The notes: generated by a model from the letters alone, not told the origin. A stretch of DNA of 64,000 bases from Candidatus Methanomethylicia archaeon (GCA_038845975.1 JAWBQF010000002.1:93652-157651); one strand, 5' to 3'; counted from the first letter of the stretch, positions 53,742-63,116 are shown. Translations and numbers: made by a program.

Positions 53742-54416
53742 GATAGAATACTACATAATACCTAATAAGCATTGCTAGAATACTTCTAGGTTTCCAGTAT
53801 TAGTAATTTATATTCTCTATGATAATAGGACGTGGTAACTTAAGATTTTAACACGTTTCAAAACTATTTAAGTCTCGCTGACTATAGGTTATAGAGTTTG
53901 GAAGACAATTAATAATGTGTGAGAGTTCATTAAGCTATTACCTCCATCAAGGAATTTTAATATTAATGATGAGGTCTTTATTTCATCTATATATTCAATC
54001 AATTTCAATATGATAGACTTAACAATAATAGAATCAATAATAGCATAATAAATAGAGAATAATCTTAGAGCTTGAGTCGCCGCATCCTAGTAATATTCAA
54101 AACTTTATCACTAGAATTTCAAAGCAATATCTAAAATAGCTATAGGATACTTAAATCCATACCACTTCTACTAACTGAGAAAATACATGTTTAAATGCCT
54201 AAAATTATAATGAACTGCACTAGGTTAAATCTAATACCTTCATGGATACATGTTAAAGATTGTTTAAACTAATTACCCATTGATCAGTTGAAAGATCAAA
54301 TAGTTTTCGGTAAGTTTAATTTATAATATCTACAATTCTAGCATTCAGTTCATAACACATCATGATTGCTCAATATTTAAAATGGGGATAATAATATATT
54401 CATGAGTTTCCAGAAT

Positions 54417-55225
54417 CTATACATGTACATACTCCATTAAATACCTTCTTAATATTGGATCTATAACCTGATATTTCCCATTCTTCCGTTCTATAATCAT
54501 GGAGTTTATTAATGCATCAATAATTCCCTTAATTATCGCATCATTTACAGTTACACCTAGCTTGCCTGTAACCCATGTTTTATTTCACTCCATGACGTTG
54601 TCCATGCTATGATGTTTAATACTGCTTTTTACTGGTGATCTGCCGTAAGTGGAGATGATAACTATGGCTCTAACAACGTCCTCACTAAGCCAAACATAGA
54701 TCCTGAAAATACAAATCTAATATTTTGATTAGGTATTAAATACATTTCCAAGAAGCTTAAGAAAACTTAGAGAAACATTTGAAAGCTCTTGAACCTCATC
54801 AAGCATTAAAACAACATTACCTCTAAGCCTTCTCAACCAAGATAGAGAGAATAGAGAAAGTAGTATTTACAGGTTTCTATCTATTTTTAAAGTGAAGCCT
54901 GTAGGTGTAAATGATAGCTCTTCAACACATATTAAAGCATCCCCTACCTTCTCTAGAAGACTTCTAGATCTATTAATAGAGTCAATTAACACGGATAGGA
55001 ATCCTTTAAATCCTCTAATACCCTAAAGATTAGTATAAACAGATTTAAAGCCTTCACTATCTAAAATAGTCTTAGAAGTTTTTAAAAGACTTGGTTTACC
55101 CATCATTCTTGGACCTAAAACTGCAACTCAGAAGCGAGTTTAACAAGTCTTATAAGCTCGTTAAGCTCATAACTTCTACCGAAAAGCTATTTAGGAGACC
55201 TCTTTGGATAAAGACTGAAAAGCAA
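54417..55225 (-). pseudogene. Archaeal ATPase (ATPase_2/AAA) pseudogene
   Basis: Fragments MLFSLYPK...*LFGR, VAVLGPRM, MLDEVQEL (Walker B), GSMFG, GRSP and C-terminal YQVIDPILRR, with stops, frameshifts and an apparent deletion. Confidence 0.8.
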
Positions 55226-55718
55226 GCTTAACACCCCTAAGTACTTAATACCCCTAAGTATATAGGTCTATGCTAAGTATATTTAAACTTAAACAGATTC
55301 AACTTACTTAATGTTTAGATAGAGGCGATAATGACTTATCCCTCACGGCCTGCCTTACAAGAATAATACTCATTAACAATCATAAATATAGTCTTCTTAA
55401 CGAAAACATTATATCACTATAATTCATACTGTAATATAGGGGCAAACTTAAATTTATGGAGGCTAGGGTTTAAAGCAGTTTTGAAGTTCCTCATTGAAAT
55501 ATAATGGAGAAAAGCTTTCCACAATCTTAAAATAGGATTAGGTAATTCCTTATATACTATAGATTCAAGAATGGACTATGAAATACTAATATGGTTCAAC
55601 ATCGTAACTTCCCCACTCCACTTTTCAACATAAAATAACTTACCCTTTTTATCCAGTAATAGATCTTGAATATCCCTATAGACTCTATCAAGTGAAGAGG
55701 CTTTAAGAAGCCTACAAC

Positions 55719-55771
55719 TAGAACTTAAGCCATCAGCTATACATGTCCTCCACATTAAAGTTCACAATACC
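55719..55771. mobile_element. ~60-bp MITE (M60), left end eroded
   Basis: gaacttaagccatcagctatacatgtcctccacattaaagttcacaatacc matches 63018-63069. Confidence 0.75.
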
Positions 55772-55816
55772 CCTCTACAAATAGCAAAGTATTTAATACT
55801 GAATAACTAAGTATAT

Positions 55817-56866
55817 TTGATGGTTAAAGAAGCATACTTCTACAATAAGCTTAAAAACAATATTGTTCAATGTATTATATGTCCAAGAAAATGTATAGTT
55901 AAACCTGGAAGTAGGGGATTCTGTAATACTAGGGAGAATAGGGATGGTAAATTATACTCATTAATTTACGGTAGGGTTTCAGCCATGTCCGTTGATCCTA
56001 TTGAAAAGAAGCCATTATTCCATTTCTGGCCAGGATCACCAACATTCTCAATAAGTAGTGTTGGATGCTCCTTTAAGTGTCCATGGTGTCAAAACTGGCA
56101 TTTAAGCCAACCTGGAAAAATCGAGGATGTATATACGGAATACATTCCACCTGAAGATATTGTTGTAAACGCTAAAAATAGAGGATGCCCATCAATATCA
56201 ATTACATACAATGAACCGATAATATGGCTTGAATACGATTTAGATATAGCTAAAATAGCTAAAGCTGAAGGGTTGAAAATAATTTTTGTAACTAACGGCT
56301 ACATTAGCATTGATGCTTTAAACGAAGTAGCTAAATATATAGATGCTGTAAATGTTGATGTTAAGGGATTTACAGAGGAATTCTACCATAAATATTGCCA
56401 GGCAGATCTTAAAGGAGTGCTTGAAGCAACAGCTGAAATGAAGAATCGTGGAATACATGTAGAAACAACAACACTTCTAATACCGGGATTGAACGACTCT
56501 ACTGAGGAGTTGGAGAATCTGTGTAAATGGCATTACGATACTCTAGGACCTGAAACACCAATACATTTCAGTAGGTTCTTCCCACACTTCAAGTTTACAA
56601 GTCTACTTCCAACACCGATCAAAACACTAGTAAAAGCTAGAGAAATAGCTTTAAATAGGGGATTAAGATATGTTTACGTTGGAAACATACCTGGACATGA
56701 AGGGGAAAACACATACTGCCCAAACTGTAAAAACCCAGTTATAGAGAGAGTAGGATTTGAAATAACTGGATGGAGACTTAATGAAGAAATGCGATGTTTA
56801 AACTGTAATGAGAAAATACCTATAATTGGGAAATACGATAAGAAGTATAAATGGTACTACTATTAA
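55817..56866 (+). CDS. amrS: AmmeMemoRadiSam-system radical SAM enzyme
   Basis: CIICPRKC...GFC, DPIEKKPLFHFWPG, CSFKCPWC (CxxxCxxC), TYNEP, HFSRFFP, YVYVGN, C-terminal CxxC pairs. Confidence 0.93.
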   Translation: MMVKEAYFYNKLKNNIVQCIICPRKCIVKPGSRGFCNTRENRDGKLYSLIYGRVSAMSVDPIEKKPLFHFWPGSPTFSISSVGCSFKCPWCQNWHLSQPGKIEDVYTEYIPPEDIVVNAKNRGCPSISITYNEPIIWLEYDLDIAKIAKAEGLKIIFVTNGYISIDALNEVAKYIDAVNVDVKGFTEEFYHKYCQADLKGVLEATAEMKNRGIHVETTTLLIPGLNDSTEELENLCKWHYDTLGPETPIHFSRFFPHFKFTSLLPTPIKTLVKAREIALNRGLRYVYVGNIPGHEGENTYCPNCKNPVIERVGFEITGWRLNEEMRCLNCNEKIPIIGKYDKKYKWYYY

Positions 56867-56895
56867 ATAACATCTACTAGTTATTGATTTTAGAA

Positions 56896-57142
56896 ATTGA
56901 GGGTATGGCTTAATCTTCTCAATAATCCCCTACTCTCATTAACTATAACTCCGGAGTTTAAATCTATGCTGACCATATCATCATCAATAGAGGAAGCAAT
57001 AAATTCTGTTGAAGCTACTATTACTAGTAAATCTATATTATTTATAGCTTTTCTAAAGAAAATTCTGCAAAAACTTAGCTATTACAATTCTTCCAGCAAC
57101 CATTACTGTATCCTTACCAATTATACTTATAAGACTTGGATC
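56896..57142 (-). pseudogene. 3-isopropylmalate/homoaconitate dehydratase small subunit (leuD/hacB) remnant
   Basis: Minus frame DPSLISIIGKDTVMVAGR-IVIAKFCRIFFRKAINNIDL...DDMVSIDLNSGVIVNESRG matches the LeuD pattern, with NFGCGSSRE deleted. Confidence 0.65.
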
Positions 57143-57179
57143 AAGACTTCAAGCTTGAAGATATTGAATTTAGCATCAA

Positions 57180-57410
57180 GCATATGGTTTGAAGATAGGA
57201 ACAATAGAGAAAAATCACAAGTATATTGGGATAAAGTAATATACAATAATTATATATCATGCATGAGAATAAATGTAATGAAAGTATGCATCAATACTTA
57301 TAAATCAATAGTATACATGCTAACATCGTGAATTGATGAGGGGATAAATCTAAGAACACATAGAACAATACAGAATAAAGGTGATAAACATGCTTAAGTT
57401 AACAAAGCCA
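57180..57410 (+). mobile_element. 3' end of an IS6-family relic (family A)
   Basis: Homologous to 20400-20632; ends cttaagttaacaaagcc. Confidence 0.7.
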
Positions 57411-57420
57411 CTAAATTAGT

Positions 57421-57435
57421 AGATAGATTTAAATA
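57421..57435 (+). promoter_or_regulatory. Putative BRE/TATA promoter for queT-queC
   Basis: Purine-rich agataga followed by TTTAAATA (57428-57435); standard spacing puts the TSS near 57458. Confidence 0.6.
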
Positions 57436-57457
57436 ATTCTAAAATAATGTTAAACCT

Positions 57458-57560
57458 ACCGGCGGGTTGAGCTCCGCCATTACTCCATATGTGGATAGCC
57501 TTCAGATGATAAGGCATCCGAAGGAGAAATCAACCGCTCACCTCAAAATGTGGTGAGGCT
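57458..57560 (+). ncRNA. Structured 5' leader; candidate preQ0/preQ1-type riboswitch
   Basis: GC-rich island with several stems (GGCGG/CCGCC; GGUUGA/UCAACC; UCCA/UGGA; CCUUC-GAUG/CAUC-GAAGG) and an anti-SD CUCACC that can pair with SD GGUGAG; lies directly upstream of queT-queC. Confidence 0.55.
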
Positions 57561-58037
57561 ATGGAGAATATAAAGTCAAAAAACTTAGCTATAACAGCTA
57601 TAATAGCTACACTATACTCAGTGCTAGTATATGTTTTTAGCCCTATTAGCTTTCAAATGGTTCAAATTAGAGTTGCTAATGCATTAATGGGTTTAATTCC
57701 AATTCTAGGAGTTCCAGCTATAATTGGAGTTGTACTAGGTGTTTTCATAGCGAATTTAGTAAGCCCACTAGGATTTATAGATTTACTAAGTGTAGCTCCA
57801 ACCTTTATTGGACTTACAATCATATATAAGCTTAGAAACTATAGCGTACTACTCGGACTAGCAATATACAGTATTATTCTTGGCGCTTGGGTTTCATTTA
57901 TGCTTTGGTATGTTTTCAAAATACCATATGTAGAATGCTTTATCTATGTTACTGTAGGTATAGCTATGGCAACAGTAGGTTTAGGATATCCTGTATATAA
58001 GACTTTTAAAAGAATACTTGGTGGCTGTAAGCTATGA
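57561..58037 (+). CDS. queT: QueT-family (ECF S-component) queuosine-precursor transporter
   Basis: AIIATLY..L.....PISF..VQIRVANAL, G..LG.FIANL.SPLG..D; adjacent to queC. Confidence 0.88.
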   Translation: MENIKSKNLAITAIIATLYSVLVYVFSPISFQMVQIRVANALMGLIPILGVPAIIGVVLGVFIANLVSPLGFIDLLSVAPTFIGLTIIYKLRNYSVLLGLAIYSIILGAWVSFMLWYVFKIPYVECFIYVTVGIAMATVGLGYPVYKTFKRILGGCKL

Positions 58038-58732
58038 AGAAAATTGTTGCTGTTATAAGTGGGGGGCCTGATAGTATTGGATATGCTGCAATATGGAGAA
58101 GTAGAGGATATAAAATATATCCTATAATTTTCAACTATGGACAGAAAGGCATTAAGGAAGTTGAAGTTGCTAGAGAATTATGTGGAAAACTTGAATTTCA
58201 TAAGCTGATAGTTATCGATATATCGTTCATGAAGAATCTATGGAGAGGATTTCAGCTAACAGATGAAAGTGTAGGGGTTGAATCCACATATACACCAACA
58301 GTAGTTATACCTATAAGGAACGCTGTATTTCTTACAATAGCAGCAGTATATGCATACATGATTGATGCGGAGAAGATAATTTATGGAGCACATTTAGACG
58401 ATAACTTTCCAAGGCAAGATACTTATGAACCAATATATCCAGACTGCTCACCTGAATTCCAGTATGCATTACAGACAGCATTAAATCTCGGATACTTTAG
58501 AGGTAAGCGTAGAATTGAAATATGGAGTCCGGCAAGAGAATTATGGACAAAAGCTGAAAATCTAAGAAGAGCATTTAACATAATAGGAGATGTAATCTAT
58601 AGTACATGGAGCTGCTATCTTAGCGGTATGAAACATTGCGGTAGATGCGAATCATGCATTAACAGACATAAAGCCTTCATCCAAGCACAAATAATAGATA
58701 AAACAGAATATGAAAATACACCACATATCTAA
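58034..58732 (+). CDS. queC: 7-cyano-7-deazaguanine (preQ0) synthase
   Basis: SGGPDS, FNYGQ, VIPIRNAVF, YPDC, TWSCY...HCGRCESC. Confidence 0.93.
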   Translation: MKKIVAVISGGPDSIGYAAIWRSRGYKIYPIIFNYGQKGIKEVEVARELCGKLEFHKLIVIDISFMKNLWRGFQLTDESVGVESTYTPTVVIPIRNAVFLTIAAVYAYMIDAEKIIYGAHLDDNFPRQDTYEPIYPDCSPEFQYALQTALNLGYFRGKRRIEIWSPARELWTKAENLRRAFNIIGDVIYSTWSCYLSGMKHCGRCESCINRHKAFIQAQIIDKTEYENTPHI

Positions 58733-58781
58733 CAATAGTAGAAACAGTTAAATCTATATTAACAACTTTAATTTATAAGTA

Positions 58782-59663
58782 ATGATTAGTAGAATTAATA
58801 CTACACATTATAGTTTAGATGCTACAATCTATCCTTCATACACATACGCTTTATTTAGAGTAGATAATGGATGGTGGATTAAACAATATGGATTTGGAAG
58901 AAGGGGTAAAATGAAGCTTATAAATGAATCCCTAGAATATACAGGATTTACGGAGGAAGAGATAATGGATTTATCTGGATTATGGTATGACCCAATATTC
59001 TTCCTTAATGATCTAGACTCTAAGCTTAGAGAAACTATTAAGGAGATAATCAATACTTATAGATACGTAAGGATTTCAATAAGTCCCTATGACCGTAACC
59101 TAATATTCATTCTTACCTTCCTATCAAGAAGAACAGATTTCCACATAAACGTGGTTAAATGGGCTTCAAAACTATTCAGTAATATAAATGATATCGATGA
59201 GGTTTTAAAGATCAATATAAGCAGTATTGGAAATAGCTACCAGCTAAAACAGCTTAGAGAAGCTGTAGGAAACTATTTAAAAGTTATTGAGGATAAAATT
59301 AGTGATCCATGGAGTTTAAGAATGAAGCTTCTCGAAATTAGGAATGTTGGCCCTAAGATAGCTGATGCATTTATACTTTTCCATACTCGTAATTCATGGA
59401 TAGCTCCAAGCGATATACACTACCAAAACTTTACTAGGAGACTTAACATATTCAGATACAGTTCAATACCTGAAAAGAAAACATGTCTGAAATATACATG
59501 TATTGAATGTATTAAAAGCAATACATGCCTAACAGGATTATCATACTATAAACTTGGAAAAATAGCTGGTTGGCTTCAAACAGTTTCATACATTCATGAT
59601 AAGAAGTATTGTAGTAGAAGTAAATGTATAGAATGTAAAATTAAACATTTATGTGAACATTAA
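58782..59663 (+). CDS. HhH-GPD glycosylase-fold protein with two Cys clusters
   Basis: FLSRRTD, IRNVGPKIAD (HhH Lys), APSDIH (Asp), C-x4-C-x2-C-x5-C twice. Confidence 0.75.
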   Translation: MISRINTTHYSLDATIYPSYTYALFRVDNGWWIKQYGFGRRGKMKLINESLEYTGFTEEEIMDLSGLWYDPIFFLNDLDSKLRETIKEIINTYRYVRISISPYDRNLIFILTFLSRRTDFHINVVKWASKLFSNINDIDEVLKINISSIGNSYQLKQLREAVGNYLKVIEDKISDPWSLRMKLLEIRNVGPKIADAFILFHTRNSWIAPSDIHYQNFTRRLNIFRYSSIPEKKTCLKYTCIECIKSNTCLTGLSYYKLGKIAGWLQTVSYIHDKKYCSRSKCIECKIKHLCEH

Positions 59664-60628
59664 TATTTTACTTTAAGCTGTTTAATACTTTCTACAATAA
59701 TCTTAAGCTTACTAAGCGATACATTATAGGCATCCTCAGATGTTTTAAACAATCCCTTTAAAGATATAAATCCACAATCCGGCTTAAACATGAATACATG
59801 ATTACCATATAGACTTATAGATTTAGAAATTAAAGATTTTACCTCATCAATACTTTCCACCCTCCCACTTCTTGAAGATACAACACCTATAGATAGAAGC
59901 TTATCATACTTTTCAAGATCTACTCTTCTATAGGCTTCAAAATTTCTAGGAGTATCATGATGTTCATGATCGAAAACCTTAGCTCTAGTATTTAGAAGAA
60001 TTTCAGCTAAAAGAGGTGAAACAACTCCACAAACATGTACTGCACCTAAACAATTAATGTTTAAAACCTTATTCAACACATCAATAATTTCATCCTTAGT
60101 ATAGTTGAACATTATTAATTCACGGCCAACCATTAATGAAAGTATAGGTTCATCTATACAGATCATATTAACCCCTAAATCCTCAACCCACTTTACAACT
60201 GAGAAAATATAATCTACAATTCTCCAAGTATAATCCTTATTTGTAAGTATACTATTACTTAAACCCGTTTTTCCACTATTAATATATATTTGGGAAGCCA
60301 TTGTAAATGGACCTGTAACAGCAGCTCTAATACCTCTAATTAAACCCCTATAGTTTTCTAGATAATTAAAAGCCAATAAATACTCGGGAAGATTAGGCTT
60401 TAGACTTAATACATCATCTAGATTTAATACAGTAAACCCCTTCAAAGCATGTTTAATAGCCTTAACACTAACTAGAGGCTCCATAAACATATCGATAAAG
60501 CTTCTTAACTGAGGTAGAGCTGGATAATCAATACCTATATCAATAACATCCCTAATAATTCTCTTAAAATTCTCAGTAGAATAATCAAGCGGAAATGAGC
60601 CAACATATGTAGTATAGAAACTATCCAT
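59660..60628 (-). CDS. metE: Cobalamin-independent methionine synthase, core (single-barrel) type
   Basis: YVGSFP, VTGPFT, IDEP, Zn ligands HVCG / E / PDCG, GVVS. Confidence 0.82.
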   Translation of the reverse strand: MDSFYTTYVGSFPLDYSTENFKRIIRDVIDIGIDYPALPQLRSFIDMFMEPLVSVKAIKHALKGFTVLNLDDVLSLKPNLPEYLLAFNYLENYRGLIRGIRAAVTGPFTMASQIYINSGKTGLSNSILTNKDYTWRIVDYIFSVVKWVEDLGVNMICIDEPILSLMVGRELIMFNYTKDEIIDVLNKVLNINCLGAVHVCGVVSPLLAEILLNTRAKVFDHEHHDTPRNFEAYRRVDLEKYDKLLSIGVVSSRSGRVESIDEVKSLISKSISLYGNHVFMFKPDCGFISLKGLFKTSEDAYNVSLSKLKIIVESIKQLKVKY

Positions 60629-61208
60629 TACAGTATCTATAAAATGGCAAATATAAATTTTATGATGTATGAATAGTATCAGCTTTACTACAGATATACT
60701 TCCACAATATCTAGAAGCTTTATAAGAGATTGTTAAGAAATGTCAAGTATATCCTTTAAGTTATTATAAGCATACATTTATAAATTCAAGAGATTACTCA
60801 AATATAAAGACAAAAATTCATCTAACAGTTAGAATTGGGAATTCATGCATCATCAATTCAAGAAATTTAATAGTCTTGCTAGATTCTAAGGGTCTAAACT
60901 ATGAATTCGTTGCAAAACCAGAATTTAAACATGTTAACAACATTCTTACAATAATATTCTAACATGTAGAATTAAATAAGTTAAACCTTAGTAGTAAAGT
61001 TTTACAATAACTTCCATAGGGATTTTAGATACAATATATCCTTTCTAGATTTTATTTTCACATATGAACTATTCATTACGTTAAATGTAGGAAGTCAGAT
61101 AAGCTAGTAATAGCTTTATATTCTACTAACGATAACTACTTTTCTCAGAATCCTACATTAAGAGAATATGGAAGATGATGTTTCTCAATTAATTAGGACA
61201 TGTAAGAT

Positions 61209-62660
61209 TTAGCTGAAATGGAGTTTTACATAATTCTCTACTTCCATAATATAGTTCTCAGATTTAACTGAGGGCTTAGTTAATAAGCTTACCAGTATGA
61301 ATGTAATTGTTGATACTAGTATTGTTAAGGGACCTGCACCAAGTCCGTAAATACTTAATTTAAAAAGCTGAATGAATGCTGATGTTAATGCCCCAATAGC
61401 AATACTCAATATTGAAGCTATCTTACTACCCTTCCTCCATTTAAAAGCTGCTATTAATGATGGAACTACTGATAGAAGACCTGCTGATGATGCTACGGAA
61501 AGCTCAACAATAACGCCAGGTCTAGTTAATGCAAACACTACAGCTATAATGGTTAATACAGTCATTGATAATCTACCAGTAAATACAGGTTCATATTTAC
61601 CTCCGACTATGTCTATACTAATAATGGATGATAATGTAAGAAGTATTGAGTCTAAGGTTGATATTGAAGCAGCCATTATACCAATCATAGTGATAATGGC
61701 TAGAGGAGATGGTGATATTTCAAGTATTGCAGGAGTTACATAGTCAGGCTCAAGTCTAGGCTTCACCATTGAGGGCTCAATAGATACTCTTGCAATCAAT
61801 CCTATCAATACAACAATAATAGTATATATAAAACCTACAATAACAAATCCCTTAATCATCCTACCCATGGCTTTAGGGGATCTAGGTATGAAAAATCTTT
61901 GTGCAACTTGAGGGTTTGAAAGACAGAAGAAGAACCATGGAATCGTTAAATTCAGAAAGTAGGTAAATGTAAATCTACCCATACCTCCAGGAACAGATAA
62001 AAGCTCAGGATATTTAGCTTCTAAAATACTGAAAGCATTAAATCCACCAGCCATACTGAAGACGTATAGTAGTAAAGCTAGAGCTGAAGATAGGAAGATT
62101 AATCCTTGAATTAAATCTGTCCATGCAACCCCCCTCATACCACCTATAAAGGTATATGTTAGAGTTGTAGTAGCCATAATTAAAACACCAATCTCAAACG
62201 GTAACGTATGATTTGATAACCTATCAAAAATTATTGCAGGACCTATAAGCTGAACAGACATGTATGGTATAAGGAAAACCAGGTAAACCAATGCTACAGT
62301 AAAGCTTACCGTTTTGGATTCGTATCTATCACCTAATATTTGTGATGGAGTTAAATAATTTCTAACTCTAGAAGCAGCATAGAAATATGGCCCAAAAAAT
62401 ACAGCTAACATTAAACCCATAAGATATATAAGCTCAAAACCTAAAGCTCCAACACCAAACATATAGGAGAAGCCTACAAGCCCTACAAGCATGAAAGCGC
62501 TATAAGTAGTTGAGAAGTAGGTAGCCCATGAAACCAGGCTGCTAATCTTCCTGCCAGCTAGATAATATTCATCAGCTCCTAAACCAGTTCTACGTTTAGC
62601 ATAAACACCTACAATAAACATTAAACAAACAAATACAATCACAATAAACACTAAATTCAC
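61209..62660 (-). CDS. Sodium:solute symporter (SSS/PanF-like)
   Basis: EYYLAGR, SAF...G, GGMRGVAWTD.IQG, PQVAQRF, AASISTLDS. Confidence 0.93.
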   Translation of the reverse strand: MNLVFIVIVFVCLMFIVGVYAKRRTGLGADEYYLAGRKISSLVSWATYFSTTYSAFMLVGLVGFSYMFGVGALGFELIYLMGLMLAVFFGPYFYAASRVRNYLTPSQILGDRYESKTVSFTVALVYLVFLIPYMSVQLIGPAIIFDRLSNHTLPFEIGVLIMATTTLTYTFIGGMRGVAWTDLIQGLIFLSSALALLLYVFSMAGGFNAFSILEAKYPELLSVPGGMGRFTFTYFLNLTIPWFFFCLSNPQVAQRFFIPRSPKAMGRMIKGFVIVGFIYTIIVVLIGLIARVSIEPSMVKPRLEPDYVTPAILEISPSPLAIITMIGIMAASISTLDSILLTLSSIISIDIVGGKYEPVFTGRLSMTVLTIIAVVFALTRPGVIVELSVASSAGLLSVVPSLIAAFKWRKGSKIASILSIAIGALTSAFIQLFKLSIYGLGAGPLTILVSTITFILVSLLTKPSVKSENYIMEVENYVKLHFS

Positions 62661-62827
62661 TTAATCCACCTCCTTACACTATAAAATATCAATACTATAA
62701 CAATTAAGCTAGATAAAACCCAAAACGTAAAAGAACCTAGAAAGCTACATACCCCACTTAAAAAAGTATAGGGTACTATAAACGATAAAGCTAAAACTAT
62801 GAGGTATATTAACACTACTAAACGCAT
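62657..62827 (-). CDS. Small two-TM SSS partner protein (56 aa; below the ORF-track cutoff)
   Basis: MRLVVLIYLIVLALSFIVPYTFLSGVCSFLGSFTFWVLSSLIVIVLIFYSVRRWIK; its TGA overlaps the SSS GTG start (GTGA). Confidence 0.75.
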   Translation of the reverse strand: MRLVVLIYLIVLALSFIVPYTFLSGVCSFLGSFTFWVLSSLIVIVLIFYSVRRWIK

Positions 62828-62883
62828 GGAACACCTTAATAAGGCTTAGAAAAGTGAAATTTAAATTTTTCTCAAGTATAAAG

Positions 62884-62942
62884 GGCTTTATGAACTTTAT
62901 ATACGAGAAATACGTGCAATTGATGGCTTAAGTTCACAGGAC
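62884..62942. mobile_element. ~60-bp MITE (M60)
   Basis: ggctttatgaactttat...tgatggcttaagttcacaggac; flanks agtataaag / agtataaaa (8/9). Confidence 0.8.
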
Positions 62943-63009
62943 AGTATAAAAGGGTCTAGTAACTTAATAAGGAAGCTATAACATGTAAGTTATTACGTCC
63001 TATTGTTGA

Positions 63010-63069
63010 GGCTCTGTGAACTTAAGCCATCAGCTATATAATTCTTCCATATCTAAGGTTCACAAGACC
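63010..63069. mobile_element. 60-bp MITE (M60), best-preserved copy
   Basis: ggctctgtgaacttaagccatcagctatataattcttccatatctaaggttcacaagacc; flanks tattgttga / tattgttaa (8/9). Confidence 0.85.
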
Positions 63070-63116
63070 TATTGTTAATCGTAAAATTTTTATTTAGTGA
63101 AATATTTAATTTAATA

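Noticed and set aside
56897-57331. 144-aa plus-strand ORF
   Set aside because: Chimeric shadow over the antisense leuD relic and the IS6 stub; no coherent protein.
57458-57560. tRNA, TPP/SAM/FMN riboswitch or box C/D sRNA reading of the GC-rich leader
   Set aside because: No cloverleaf or TTCG T-loop; no CUGAGA (TPP) or SAM-I/FMN cores; only imperfect internal AUGAUA/CCGA boxes without terminal C/D placement. An sRNA is not fully excluded.
58034-58732. Possible dpd or QatC-type defence queC
   Set aside because: Canonical short QueC beside queT; no dpdA, qatABD or other defence partners in the window.
3703-63069. CRISPR interpretation of the recurring 60-bp sequence
   Set aside because: Copies are dispersed, in both orientations, with TIRs and TSDs; there is no repeat-spacer periodicity and no cas gene.
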